Shown here: positions 50,616 to 61,909 of the stretch, piece by piece
Position numbering within the stretch: the stretch's first letter is position 1
Layout: each line of letters begins with the position of its first letter
DNA from: Yuukianura sp. NJ FZ-2021
Lineage: Eukaryota
Assembly: GCA_046563655.1 (NCBI GenBank)
Contig: CM102287.1
Span: 5,270,001 to 5,334,000, forward strand
Length of the DNA stretch: 64,000 nt
Direction: 5' to 3'
Notes under the pieces: generated by a model
What the model saw: only the letters and a program-made list of their open reading frames with translations
Told to the model about the DNA's origin: nothing
Databases searched by the model: none
Made by a program: the position numbers and the translations under genes

Positions 50616-51320
50616 TCATGTAGTTATTTCAGAATTTCCTGAATTGAAAGTAGCAGCTAAAGCTGACAACCCACTGAAGAATCTTCGCAACGATTCTTCA
50701 TTAGAATATCTTTGAATATCTCCATTGTTTACCGGGACATCGGCATCTTTCGTTGTGCCGGAAGACATGTCACGCAACTCAATTGTTTTGGCATCTTCCG
50801 GACTCGAGGTCGTTGACCTGATTTTGTATCGGTAGTTGACATCTCCAAGACGCTGTTGATGATACTGATAGATTGGCAAACTAGGTTTCTTTGTTCCTGC
50901 AAATCTGAATTCAATTCTGTTCAAGATTTCATTGTCTTCGGGATTGACAGTTCCTGATTCTGCGCATGATCCGTTCCGCATAGCACTGAATCCATTGTTA
51001 CAAAGACATGCTCCAGTTCCATCGGTCCAGGAACAATAAGCGTCTTTCGGACAGTCACGGTCACCAATATACACGTTACATTCTGTTCCGATATGAGCGA
51101 CGCAGCGGTTCCGGAAGGTGTCAAAATATTGACGCTTTGGATGCAGACATGCGCAGACTCCACTTTCTGGACACCAAAGCCACTTTCCATAATCGCACCA
51201 GTTTTGAGGTTGACATGAAGAGCCAATCGGAAGCCGACGTTCTGGAGCTCCTAAAGCTTCCAGAATGGACGCTGCAGCGATAAGTCCAAGCGTCACTAAC
51301 ACTTTCACTCTCAGCATCAT
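50616..51320 (-). CDS. Secreted protein with a short Cys-rich EB/EGF-like N-terminal region
   Basis: Signal peptide. CDYGKWLWCPESGVCAC...CVAHIGTEC resembles the first module of the 24788-26293 protein (CNKTAWLVCKSSACSC...CVAKSGERC). Confidence 0.8.
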   Translation of the reverse strand: MMLRVKVLVTLGLIAAASILEALGAPERRLPIGSSCQPQNWCDYGKWLWCPESGVCACLHPKRQYFDTFRNRCVAHIGTECNVYIGDRDCPKDAYCSWTDGTGACLCNNGFSAMRNGSCAESGTVNPEDNEILNRIEFRFAGTKKPSLPIYQYHQQRLGDVNYRYKIRSTTSSPEDAKTIELRDMSSGTTKDADVPVNNGDIQRYSNEESLRRFFSGLSALAATFNSGNSEITT

Positions 51321-52736
51321 TTGCCAATATTTGGCAAAAATTGCGCTAAACTAATTTGGAATTTTTCAAAATCCGCAAAACTTCCGTACAAAATTGCACT
51401 TTGCTCAAAGTCCACAAATATAAACTTTCAGATTCGTATAACTTCAAAAGAAGACAATTTTTTCTCAGGTGTAGTTTGTAAATTAAATTGTTGTGAATTT
51501 CGAAATTAATGGACTGCTTGGAGTGAGTAAGTCTCAAAATTTGAGGAAGTTGGAGTAAGAGCGTTTTTATGCAAAATTTGCAAAAATGAACTTTTTGTGC
51601 ACTCAAGTTCAGGAAATGTTTCCTCAAATCCACCGTTAAAGGGCTTTGTGATGAATAGTTGTGTGTGAAACGCTGTTATTATGTGTAACAAGATTGAAGG
51701 TTTTAAAGTTGAACTGCTCTCGGAAGTTAATTCTTGTTTCAAAGGATTTCCTATTTTACGTTATATTTTCAACTGAGAATCGACCGTATAAGGACAAGCA
51801 CTACTGTTGAAAACTTGAATTTATACTTCAATTTTAGTCTAAAACCCTGACTTGCCAAAAACCTGAAATTTTAATTAGCAGAAGTATTTTTTGGAAACTT
51901 AAGAGTTCACACTTCCTACTTTGGCTGAAGTCGTTTTACGTATGAATTCGGCGGAAGAGATAGTAAACACTGCCTAAGTAATTTGTGTACATTTTTTCAA
52001 ACCAACTTTAACTTAACAACCTTCTACTTGTTTGTCTTGCATAATCGGCAAAAAATTTCATTTTTTGCCAATTTTAAATTGACAAAAATGTAAATCGCAT
52101 AAGAGGATTTTCATTTTTTGTGATTAAGCAAATTCCTGCGACGTTTTAGCAATTTATTACGTCGTACGTCGTAACTCATACGCTTAAAAACCAAAAATTC
52201 TAAGCAAAAACAGAATCTTGACATCGAAAGCGACAATTTCCATTTCACACTAAAAAAAAAGGTAACAATAGGCCATTTAAGTGGACAATGGAAGAAGAAG
52301 TGTGAAAAGTGGAATTAATTGACTCATCATCAGTCGTAGAATGAAATCCTCTTACGATTGTTGTCTTCGATGTGTATTGTTAAAATTAGAACTTGCAAAA
52401 GTAGTCAATGCCATTGCCAAGGCCAAGCGCTCATACCTTATCAACACGGGCCTAGATCACGATTAGAATTTTTCCCAAGGGAAAAGGAAACATGGCTTCA
52501 TGGATTTAAAACGTCTGAAATAATGTGACGCAATATTCACAACCTACGCGATCGAAAATTGCTGAACTTAAGTTTTTTTTAACTTTTTAAACTTCTTTTG
52601 TGAGGTTATATTTTCATGCTGTGCAGTGGAGCATACACACTTAAAGCTTTCAGAATTAAGAAAATGATTTCGGCCAATTTCCATTTGCGACGATTTAATT
52701 CGACCAAGGTATTTTCGAATGACAGCAAATTTTACT

Positions 52737-55700
52737 TTACTTCCAATATCGTCTAGCTAAAATGCTACCCAAGGCTATTGTTAATACTGTGACACTGAAA
52801 AGTCCGACACGAAATCCCGAAAAAATCTCTGTAGATGTAGAAGGCTCTGATGAAGCCGAAATGTTGTCCAGAATTTGTGATTTTTCTGGACATACTGATC
52901 CTGTATCCACCTCATTCCGCTTATCACACTTATTTATACCAGCATCACCCTCCAATGAACGAAGCGACTGAAGTTCAGTGTTTGCTTGACTTAGCTGCTC
53001 AATTTTGATTTGAATTTTCCCGCTTGTGTATGCTGATGTCCAGGTTTCCAGTTTCAATTTGAAACTACGGGTGACATCTTCCAAGTTTCTTGAAGGCGTT
53101 AAGGTTGAATCACACCCGATTAATGCCACCACCGAATTTTGTGCTGGAAACAGCATTTCAGGATACGGATAGCCGAGAATGTTACAGCGCTTGCCCAGAT
53201 CAACCACCAGCCTCACCAGTCTTGAACTTAGAATTCCTTCGCAAATGACAACATCCTTGAGGTCATCGCAAATGATCTGAATTTGGACATAAGAAGGATA
53301 TTTGCTATAAAAATCTTCTTTTTCGCACAATATCTTCCATTTTTCTTCGAAAGACGCTCCAATTTTTGCCAAGATTTCATTTCCTCTCGATATTTCTTTT
53401 TGGATAAGCGATCTAGTACTTTTTGTGACATTTCTTGCTCTGTTCAAATAAGGAAAAGACGGTGCATGAATTGGCATCAGTTCGGGCACTTTGCTTTCAA
53501 ACATCGCTGGAGTTGATATGGGCTGAAGCTGAACTGGACTCGGCCATTTCCAAAATGAATAAAATTCAAAAAATTCTTCAACGAGGTCCTCAGCAGTCGC
53601 TTGTTCCGGCTTCAGTTCCGTGTCTAGAATGATTTTTGCCAGGAGCAGCGCAATTGTATTGCTCGAAAAGTATCCCATGACCTGCCCGTAGATATTGCGT
53701 TGTTTTGCCCAGTATTTGACGACCCTCATGCAAACACAGTAGGTTGGCCACCATTCTTGTGGAATCAGTGAACAAAGGGCTTCGACTTCCTTGATACCAT
53801 CGATTGAACGAACGAACGATTCTGATTGGCTGCGCAGTTCCTGGTCACTGATGTTCTGCCAGTTGTCAGCTCCACAAGGACAGTACACCACATCAACCTC
53901 CAAACATTCGTAGGTCTTAAACCGGGCTATTGGAACTAACGTGTCTAGTACAATTGAAACTAGCTGTAGAGTGTTGTCCACTTTTGAGTTACAAACTTGC
54001 CGCAAATTTTCAAAAAATGATTGATGTGGTACTTCCGGTGGACCGCAGATAAGAATGTCAATGTCGCTGGAGTCATCATGAAAACCGAATTTCGAGGATC
54101 CAACAAGATGGACACTCACGTCCTGCGTAACTTGCATACAAAGTTGTTTGATTTCAGTCAGAACCAGCGATTGTACTGCCTCGCGTTCTGCAGATGGAAC
54201 TAACTTGTTCAGAACAAAAAATTTTTGAAGAAATGGAAATCTTTCTGGACGTTTTGCTTCTGAGCCAAGTGGAATTGACTTTCGAATTCGAAATGGATCA
54301 TTGAATTTTCGACTGATGATGAAAATGCTGTCAATTGTAAATTCAATTCCTTCGCCAATTGCCTCCTGCCATTCTTCCATTAATTTCGTCGCCATTTCCT
54401 TTTCTTGGGTTGTTCTGATTGAAAGTTTTGCTATGGTGAGATGCGGTGTAAACCCAGATCCAGATTTGCTGCTCTGTTCGTTACATGCTGGATACGCTGA
54501 TTCCAACTCATGCTGCAAGTATTTTACTTGTTGGAGTTCGCTAGGCGAAGATGTTGTCAAATATACCGTAAGAAACTTTCCGGATTTAAAAGTTTCTACT
54601 TTTGACAAGCGGATTTTGATCGGATCGATATTTTTTAGAACCTGCGCAAAGGATTCTTGGGCTTCGTTGAATCTAACTTTGTTTTCCGGTATGAATCCAT
54701 ACAGTAGGTTAATATGTGGAGGCCATCGGACATAACTTGGATCAAAATGGTTTCGAATCGCTTGAATTTTAGGCCAAACGTCAGTTGGTGGGATTATGGC
54801 TACTGCGGAAGTATGGACTGGAGACATTGCGTCTTCTTTAGTCTGTATCTTGTGGGGCGCCTGCGCCAATATCGGGAAATCGGCATTGTTTTCTGCGACT
54901 GCTACTGAAGCTACAATTGGTTGCTCCAGTTTCTTGGTGGGACGGATAATAAAATCACATTCTAGTGCAAAATGATCGCTCAGGTACAGTTGATGCTGGA
55001 CGGGAGAAGTGTTGGACGGACTTCCGGAAACTTGATTCCTCGCTGGAACTCCGAAATCTATTGGCTCCTTTCCCGTGACGCGCAGTTCTCCTGCAACTTC
55101 CAATAAATTTGCTTGCGGATTCAACAAAATTCGGTCAAACCGGGCCTCAGTTGTCCGTCGTGCAAATTGTTTCGCCAGCGTATTTTCGTAAATACTGAAT
55201 GTCCATCCGGGATCCGAATCGGAGCGGTCTTGTCTAAGATGCTCCACCAAGTCAACAATTTTCACCTTCATTTTGGAGTTGTCAATGTATTCTTCATTTC
55301 CGAAATTTGTGTCACCCACAATCAGAATATTCGGTTCTGATTGGCTCTTTGAAGTAAGTTGACTCAATGACGCTACGACATATTCCAGTTGTTTATGCCG
55401 CATCTTAGACGCTTCTCCTTTAAAATTCGAAATCAAATGGACATTGGCAATGGCGAGAACAGCATCGGAGAATGGGAAAGCAGCCAGCGTGAATCTTCTA
55501 GAAAAATGTTCCGTATGGAACAAATTAGACGGCTGAAATTTTGTTAGAAAAAGCTGTCCATAAGGCTTAATGGTTGCTCCTACACTGGAGATGTCGCTGA
55601 GAAAATACTTTTCTTGTACCCATGATACAGATTCCAAAATGGACAGAAACTTTGGCGTCACTTCTTGGAGGGCAATGATGTCAGCGTCTGAATCTTCCAG

Positions 55701-56426
55701 AAAATCAATCAAGTAAGGCCATCGATTATTCGGAACATGAAAATCCTCTTCATAAAATTCGTACAACACATTCAAACTAATCAATTTGAATATTTCAGCT
55801 TCTATTGTGGGTGCCATTTGCCGACAAGGGGTCCATCTTCCGTCGACGTCACTATACTGATACACTGGAACTTCGTGATATCCTGTTGGTATGACCACTT
55901 GATGCTGACCTCTTGGTTTTTTGACCTGTTTGACCCCATTTGCAAACGTTTCACCCGAATTGAAAATTAAGTCCAGTCTGGTCTCTCGATCCCAGTAGAT
56001 AATAGCCCCTGGTGGCCAATTGTCTTCTCGAACAGCAATTTCGCCATCTTTTCCAATCATCGGAGCAATTGGTGGACCACCGCCACGGAAATAATAAATT
56101 CGGTGAAACGGAATATCACCTTCTTCAGCACAGGGATTGAAGTCTGTGAATTTGACTTCGCACATTCCTAGGAAACGATCTTTGTATCCAATATAGAGTT
56201 GTGAGACATCAATATCAAGAGCCTCAGAGTCCCATTTCAATCGATTAAATACGTCTTTCGATGTCCGCAATTTTGCCTTTGCTTCTCCATCTAATTTGCT
56301 GGAACAATTAATTGGTTTTGAATACAACTTTGCTTTGCCATTGGCCGGATTTGAGTTTGAGGGCCGTGACCTTTCCTTTTTCTTTTGTGACGCCTTGTTT
56401 TTCGAAGCGGGTGCTTCCATATCCAT
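52737..56426 (-). CDS. Multidomain RNA end-processing protein: MJ1316 + EEP + 2H phosphoesterase + poly(A)-polymerase-type NTase + C-terminal TM
   Basis: Uninterrupted ORF, first ATG at 56426. MJ1316 (VFNRLKWD, IGYKDRF, IPFHRI, WDR). EEP (SLNVL, IIALQEV, GDTN, FDRIL, SDH). 2H (RWPPHINL, FTPHLTI). PAP (VGSSKFG, SDIDIL, EVDVVY, VKYWAKQRNIY, GYFSS, FYSFWKWP, MPI..P). Confidence 0.9.
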   Translation of the reverse strand: MDMEAPASKNKASQKKKERSRPSNSNPANGKAKLYSKPINCSSKLDGEAKAKLRTSKDVFNRLKWDSEALDIDVSQLYIGYKDRFLGMCEVKFTDFNPCAEEGDIPFHRIYYFRGGGPPIAPMIGKDGEIAVREDNWPPGAIIYWDRETRLDLIFNSGETFANGVKQVKKPRGQHQVVIPTGYHEVPVYQYSDVDGRWTPCRQMAPTIEAEIFKLISLNVLYEFYEEDFHVPNNRWPYLIDFLEDSDADIIALQEVTPKFLSILESVSWVQEKYFLSDISSVGATIKPYGQLFLTKFQPSNLFHTEHFSRRFTLAAFPFSDAVLAIANVHLISNFKGEASKMRHKQLEYVVASLSQLTSKSQSEPNILIVGDTNFGNEEYIDNSKMKVKIVDLVEHLRQDRSDSDPGWTFSIYENTLAKQFARRTTEARFDRILLNPQANLLEVAGELRVTGKEPIDFGVPARNQVSGSPSNTSPVQHQLYLSDHFALECDFIIRPTKKLEQPIVASVAVAENNADFPILAQAPHKIQTKEDAMSPVHTSAVAIIPPTDVWPKIQAIRNHFDPSYVRWPPHINLLYGFIPENKVRFNEAQESFAQVLKNIDPIKIRLSKVETFKSGKFLTVYLTTSSPSELQQVKYLQHELESAYPACNEQSSKSGSGFTPHLTIAKLSIRTTQEKEMATKLMEEWQEAIGEGIEFTIDSIFIISRKFNDPFRIRKSIPLGSEAKRPERFPFLQKFFVLNKLVPSAEREAVQSLVLTEIKQLCMQVTQDVSVHLVGSSKFGFHDDSSDIDILICGPPEVPHQSFFENLRQVCNSKVDNTLQLVSIVLDTLVPIARFKTYECLEVDVVYCPCGADNWQNISDQELRSQSESFVRSIDGIKEVEALCSLIPQEWWPTYCVCMRVVKYWAKQRNIYGQVMGYFSSNTIALLLAKIILDTELKPEQATAEDLVEEFFEFYSFWKWPSPVQLQPISTPAMFESKVPELMPIHAPSFPYLNRARNVTKSTRSLIQKEISRGNEILAKIGASFEEKWKILCEKEDFYSKYPSYVQIQIICDDLKDVVICEGILSSRLVRLVVDLGKRCNILGYPYPEMLFPAQNSVVALIGCDSTLTPSRNLEDVTRSFKLKLETWTSAYTSGKIQIKIEQLSQANTELQSLRSLEGDAGINKCDKRNEVDTGSVCPEKSQILDNISASSEPSTSTEIFSGFRVGLFSVTVLTIALGSILARRYWK

Positions 56427-57254
56427 GACCAAACTATTGATTGACAAAATTTAATTTTAATTAAATGTGAAATTTAATTCGTCTGAATTATAGAGTAATA
56501 ACTAAACCCACCGAAAATATTTGCAGCTCAAAGACTTTCCTATTGCTCGCAAAAAAGAAGGATCAACTACTTTACTAAATAAGTAAAATTCTGCGAAATA
56601 ATTAAAATTTTTGAGATGTTTTTTCGTCGAGTTTTACTAAATTAGAGAGTGAACAGCAGTTTTCCGCCGCTTTCCCTTTGACTTTTATACAATCTCACCT
56701 TCACCAGATTTGCTGTTCATACTCAACGTTCGCGTATCAAAGTTTTCACAAGTGACTACGCCAAGCCAAAACGTTTGCGGAATTATTTTGTTGCATGAGT
56801 CAAGCATTATGAAAAATGACGTTGTGATAACGTTTGTATTCCATGGTCATTTGTCAATTTAGCTCTTAGAAGACAATACTCCACAACGCGCGTGGAAATG
56901 CAGAAATAACTAATCAGTAAGCAAAGTGTGAAATTTAATTTATAGCAATTGCAAAACACGAAAAAGAGTGTCAAACATCTTTATCAAAATGAACACCCGT
57001 CTATGACAATGAGCGAAATAGGATACACAACACAGTTAGTTCAGTGAATATTTTAGCGCAAAAGTGCCACTTTTGTGCTTGATTTGGCAATCATGATTGC
57101 CTTGAACAAAGGTTATTCTACTGTGGTCAGGTTATCTCTTTTCGCAGCAGACTAAAATTTGGTTTCTACAAAACATGTTCTTTGCAGCCTCGAGAACTGC
57201 TCAGTTACCACAAACTATCAGACACAACACTAACCAGCTTATTTAGTCTACAAA

Positions 57255-58851
57255 ATGACTCGCTTAAAAGGTAATTCGCTACATAAAATTAAATTCTTAA
57301 ATATTAGTTTTTGTAAAATGTGTAACTAATGTATAAAAATTAATTAATAGAGCTTCAACGCGAAGGAAATGCTTGCACCAAAAATCTTTGTCAAATCAAG
57401 GCCATCGGCAGTATGCAGACACCAATTTCCGACTCTCCACCTCCGCAAGAAGTTACTGTCCTCCAAATTCGTAAGATTTTAATGCGGAACAAAAATTTCG
57501 TCGCAAGAATTCCGGAATTCGGAAAGTTGATGGGAGTAAAAAGTTATTCGATGGAGCAAAACTGTGGCGTGCCGAAAACTCTACTAAATTCAATTCTGTA
57601 CACCTTTGAAAGGTGCTTTTATCAAAGATCATTGTCCGAATCCGTCATTCGTATACTGGAGGACGACATGACCCTGCAGGACTTGGCAGGTAAATTTTAA
57701 CAAAAATCTGAACTAGATTTCCTAATTTTTGAAGCATAGTTACGATTTGTGTATGTGTAAATCCCGTCATATCTTATTTACTTTGTCGTTTTATCTTGTC
57801 AGATGAAATCAAAATTCTCACCAGCGATTCAAAAATGGGAGTGTCCGGTTGCCATAAGCCAAACCTACCAACACCAACTGTGTCGCCTTCAAATAAGGGC
57901 ACTGCGCGTGTTGATATCGAAGCCGGCACAGAAACATTTAGCCCTGAAGAGGCAGTTGCCCCAAGCGCAGATTTTCCGGAGGCTTGCAAAAGAATTGAAA
58001 TTCAGCATGGTCAAACTGGCGTTTCTTATGAGGGACTTTTCGGTCCTTATTTGAACCAAAATGTGCGTTGGGTTGAAGTAGCGGACCCGTATCTTATCAA
58101 GGCTCATCAGGTAAACCAATCTCTAGAAATAACTTCATTTACATTGTTACAATAAAAAAATGAAGTACATTACATTAAATTGCATTATTAATACAACTTA
58201 CATTATTGTAGGTTGTACATATTGTAGGCTCTAATCATATTTCAATATTTGTAGGTGGTAAATGTCATTACGCTTGTTGACCTCGTTTTGTCGAAATGTA
58301 ACAACTTAGAGGAAATCAGAATTTTGACAAAACGATATGACGCAAATCAGCTCGCAGTTATCCAACAAAAATGTAAACAAGTCTGCTTGAAAGTGGAAGA
58401 TTCGCTCCATGATCGATGGGTCTCGTAAGTTCATAAAATAACATATTTACAATACAATGCTCTAAAAAACCATTACTATTAATTCAACATTTTTTCTAGA
58501 ATTTCCGAATCCATGACCATGATGAAAATAGTTCTCGGAAGAGGATTAGACATGTTTAAAAATCAAAGCGGTAAAATGGCGGCAGATCAAAAATCAAGAG
58601 AATGTCTCCCCTGTTACGTTATCGCAATCAAGTGTCTTCCAACGGATTCTGTCAATGTTTCAAAAGTATCGGACGTCACAGCAGACTCAATTGCAAATCA
58701 GCTTGCGAGTTCGTCATCCAGCGTGGCTTCACCAAATCGATGTGTTGACAGCAAGCCTGGAACAACGTCAAATCTGAAAGGCCGAAAAAATTCCCGTTCT
58801 AAAAAGAAGAAAATCCAGAAGCAGAAGTCGTGTAATCCGGCAGCGGCTTAA
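57255..58851 (+). CDS. Protein with a MITD1-type C-terminal PLD-like domain, no evident MIT domain
   Basis: Exons approx 57255-57270, 57351-57688, 57803-58110, 58255-58424, 58500-58851. TGVSYEGLFGPYL, DPYL..HQ, SLHDR and LGRGLDMFK match the MITD1 C-terminal motifs. Confidence 0.8.
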
Positions 58852-59211
58852 TCGTCTTTCGCATTCTCGTTAAGTAAACACAGTTTGAGATCGCTGAAGT
58901 TGAAGTTAACGAGTGTGCTTTCATTTTTCATGTTGTAAATGACGTCCAAAAGTAATGATGTCGTAGTTGGCCCAGTTGTAGTATTACTTACTCCAAGATC
59001 TCATAAAATCTCAACAAAAAGTTAAAAATTTATTTAATTATTGTTGATAATAAAAATAAAATAAAACTAAAATTCAATTAGATGATTAATTCTCTAATTA
59101 TTCAAGTCGTAGTACCATAAAATATAATGGTAGTTATACCAATACATTTAGACCTCTTTAGTAGTTTAATTTAAAAGTCTCTATAGCACCTTTTCTTTTT
59201 TACAATTAACT

Positions 59212-61909
59212 CTATTTTTGCTCAGAAATTCCAAGGAGCTTCATAGTCTCTTCTCTCATGCGGAACTTCTGGATTTTTCCGGAAACGGTTCTAGGAAAGT
59301 CATCGCGGAAGAAAATATGTTTGGGTACTTTGTAGGCTGCGATCTATTCAGGTGGAATATAATTTGAGATTTCTAAAAACAGTTTTCAAAATTTTGAAAA
59401 CGTTAACCAAATTACCTTTCCCTTAACATCAGCTCTGAGTTCTTCCTCCGTCATGGTCTCTCCATCTTTGAGTCGAATCCATGCTCCGACGATTTCTCCA
59501 AGACGCTTGTCTGGAAGTCCAAAGACATGCGCTTCCAGGATTTTGGGATGAAGATGAAGAAATTCTTCGATTTCCCTGGGATAAATATTTTCGCCACCAC
59601 GAATGATCATGTCCTTCAATCTGCCTACTATTCTTGCATGTCCAGATTCGTCCATCACAAACACGTCTCTGAAACATAAATTTCCACATGCAATTTCAAA
59701 TTCAACACAGACATGATTTAATTTTCAAAGTTGACTAACATACCCCGTGTGAAACCAACCCGATTCGGTCAGAACTTCTCTGGTTTTCTCCGGATCATCC
59801 CAGTAGCCCAACATTGTCATGTACCCACGGCAGCACATTTCTCCAGGTTCGCCTAGTGGAACGACGTTCCCGTCCTTGTCAACAATTCTCACCTAAGGCC
59901 ATCCCGACAAACGTTTTACAGTAATTCCCATAAAATGCGGTCATTTCAAATTTCAACAACGTTCGAATTCGAATTCATACCTCTGTGTGTTCCGTAGGAT
60001 GTCCAACTGTGGAAATCCTGAGATCGTCAGAGTCTTCTGGGAGACTTTGGAAGAACACTGGACTCGTCTCGGTCAACCCATAAAAGCTCTACAAATTGAA
60101 GGTCAAAGGTCACCCTCATTTCAAACATGCCGGTCACCAAAATGGAAAGTTAAAATTTCACTCTTACCGCAACTTTAGCACCATAACTTTTCGTCATTTC
60201 TCTAGCAAGGTCTTGTGGACAAATTGCTCCAGCCGTCATTGCCAAACGTAAACTACTTACGTCTCTGCCTTCTAAACTGTTTGTCATATCCACATGCTAG
60301 TTAAAAACACAAAAATTTTAAGAAATTTCCCAATTTTTTTTTCTGAAATTTGAAATGATAACTGGCTTACCATTGTAGGCGTTCCATAAAGTGCAGTGCA
60401 TCTATCCAAAAAACAAGAAATCAATGGAAAAAATAGTACACTTTCAATTTCTTTTTGAATTGCAGATGGAATGCCTCAATTTGAAATTTCGTACTTTTCT
60501 TCTTCTACGACACGCATGGCTTCCTTTGCATCAAAACCTGCACTTGGTACTACCACTGACGCTCCAGCATGTAACCCCGTTAAAACTCCACCCACACCGC
60601 CATAACAATGAAAAAATGGAACTGGAAGGCATAGTTTATCCTTTGGAGAATAATGCAATCGCTTCGCAACAAGAAACGAATTGTTCACCATGTTATGGTG
60701 ACTCAGCATCACACCTTTCGGTTTTCCTGTTCAAAAAATACATTTTCTAAAATACCAATTTTCAACAAAAATTTGAAATCGTTTCTCAGTAATTTTCCTT
60801 TTAAACAAACCTGTTGTGCCTGAGGTGAACTGAATGTTGAAAACATCGTCAAATTGAACCGAAGCAAAAACTTTGTCTAAAATTTTGGAATCTTTCTGAG
60901 CTCCTTTCCAAGAAACTTCCGCAAAAGAAAAAGTTCCTCTAAAAATCAAAATAGTGAAAGTTAGAACTTGAAATTCTGGGTGTTAAGCATTTGAATCGAT
61001 CGCACTTAGAATATCGATCTAAAACTTCATAAGAAAAGTCGTTCTATACTTTGGAGCTTGCTGCTTCATGCTGATGACAGTTGAAAGATTCGGAGCTTCT
61101 GAAGACTTGATTTTACCCGGTTCGGATTCACGAACCGACGGTACGACGGAACACAAAATGTCGTAGTAATTTCTTCCTCTAAATTCATCGTCAATTATGA
61201 TTCCGCGGACTCCGACTTTGTTCAAAGCGTAAAGCAGTTCTTGTCCCTCATAAGCTGGGTTTATATTAACCTAAATTTTCATTAAAAAAAATTCAAAAAT
61301 TTCGAGTTTTACAAAAATTTAATTTTTGGAAATTACTAGAACAAGACCGGCTTTCGCGGCTGCCATTTGTGTCAGGTACCACTCGTGACTATTTGGACCC
61401 CAAATTCCGATTCGGTCGCCTTTTTCCAAACCGATTGCCAGTAAGCCTTCGGCCAAATTTTCTGTCTAGAAACCAAAATTTTGAAAATTAAAATTAAAAA
61501 ACCATTTTTTGTAAAACTAAGAATGAATCTTGTCTGTTAGACTTCGGTTTTAAGTTGAGCAAAAGTCCTTCGAATGTTTTGATGCGTGACGACGAGTCCT
61601 TCCTTGTCACCATATTTAGCTGTTGCTTGGTCCTGGAGTTGACCTAATGTCCACCCTAGCAAAGGCTGTTGACCTGGGACACTTATGTAGCTGATACCCA
61701 GCTCAGGCTTTCCTGTCCAACTACCATGTTGTGTCCAACTGTTTCAAAACACGAAAAGCTATTTAGCTAATGTTTTGTTTCGTTGTCGTCAAATTTTATG
61801 TTTTAACTGTTAATTTTTACCTTTTGTGTCGAAACTGCAGTTTCAGAAAATCGTTTTGGATTTTAAGCAGTTTCCCTCCAAATTGCCTCAAAATTTGTGT
61901 AGCCCCCAT
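59212..61909 (-). CDS. ACSF2: Acyl-CoA synthetase family member 2 (medium-chain acyl-CoA ligase)
   Basis: [60 protein letters not shown]. Multi-exon. Confidence 0.93.

Noticed and set aside
52737..56447. Calling the long ORF the canonical nuclear poly(A) polymerase or a LINE ORF2
   Set aside because: It has extra MJ1316, EEP and 2H domains and a TM tail. The EEP domain is not followed by a reverse transcriptase.
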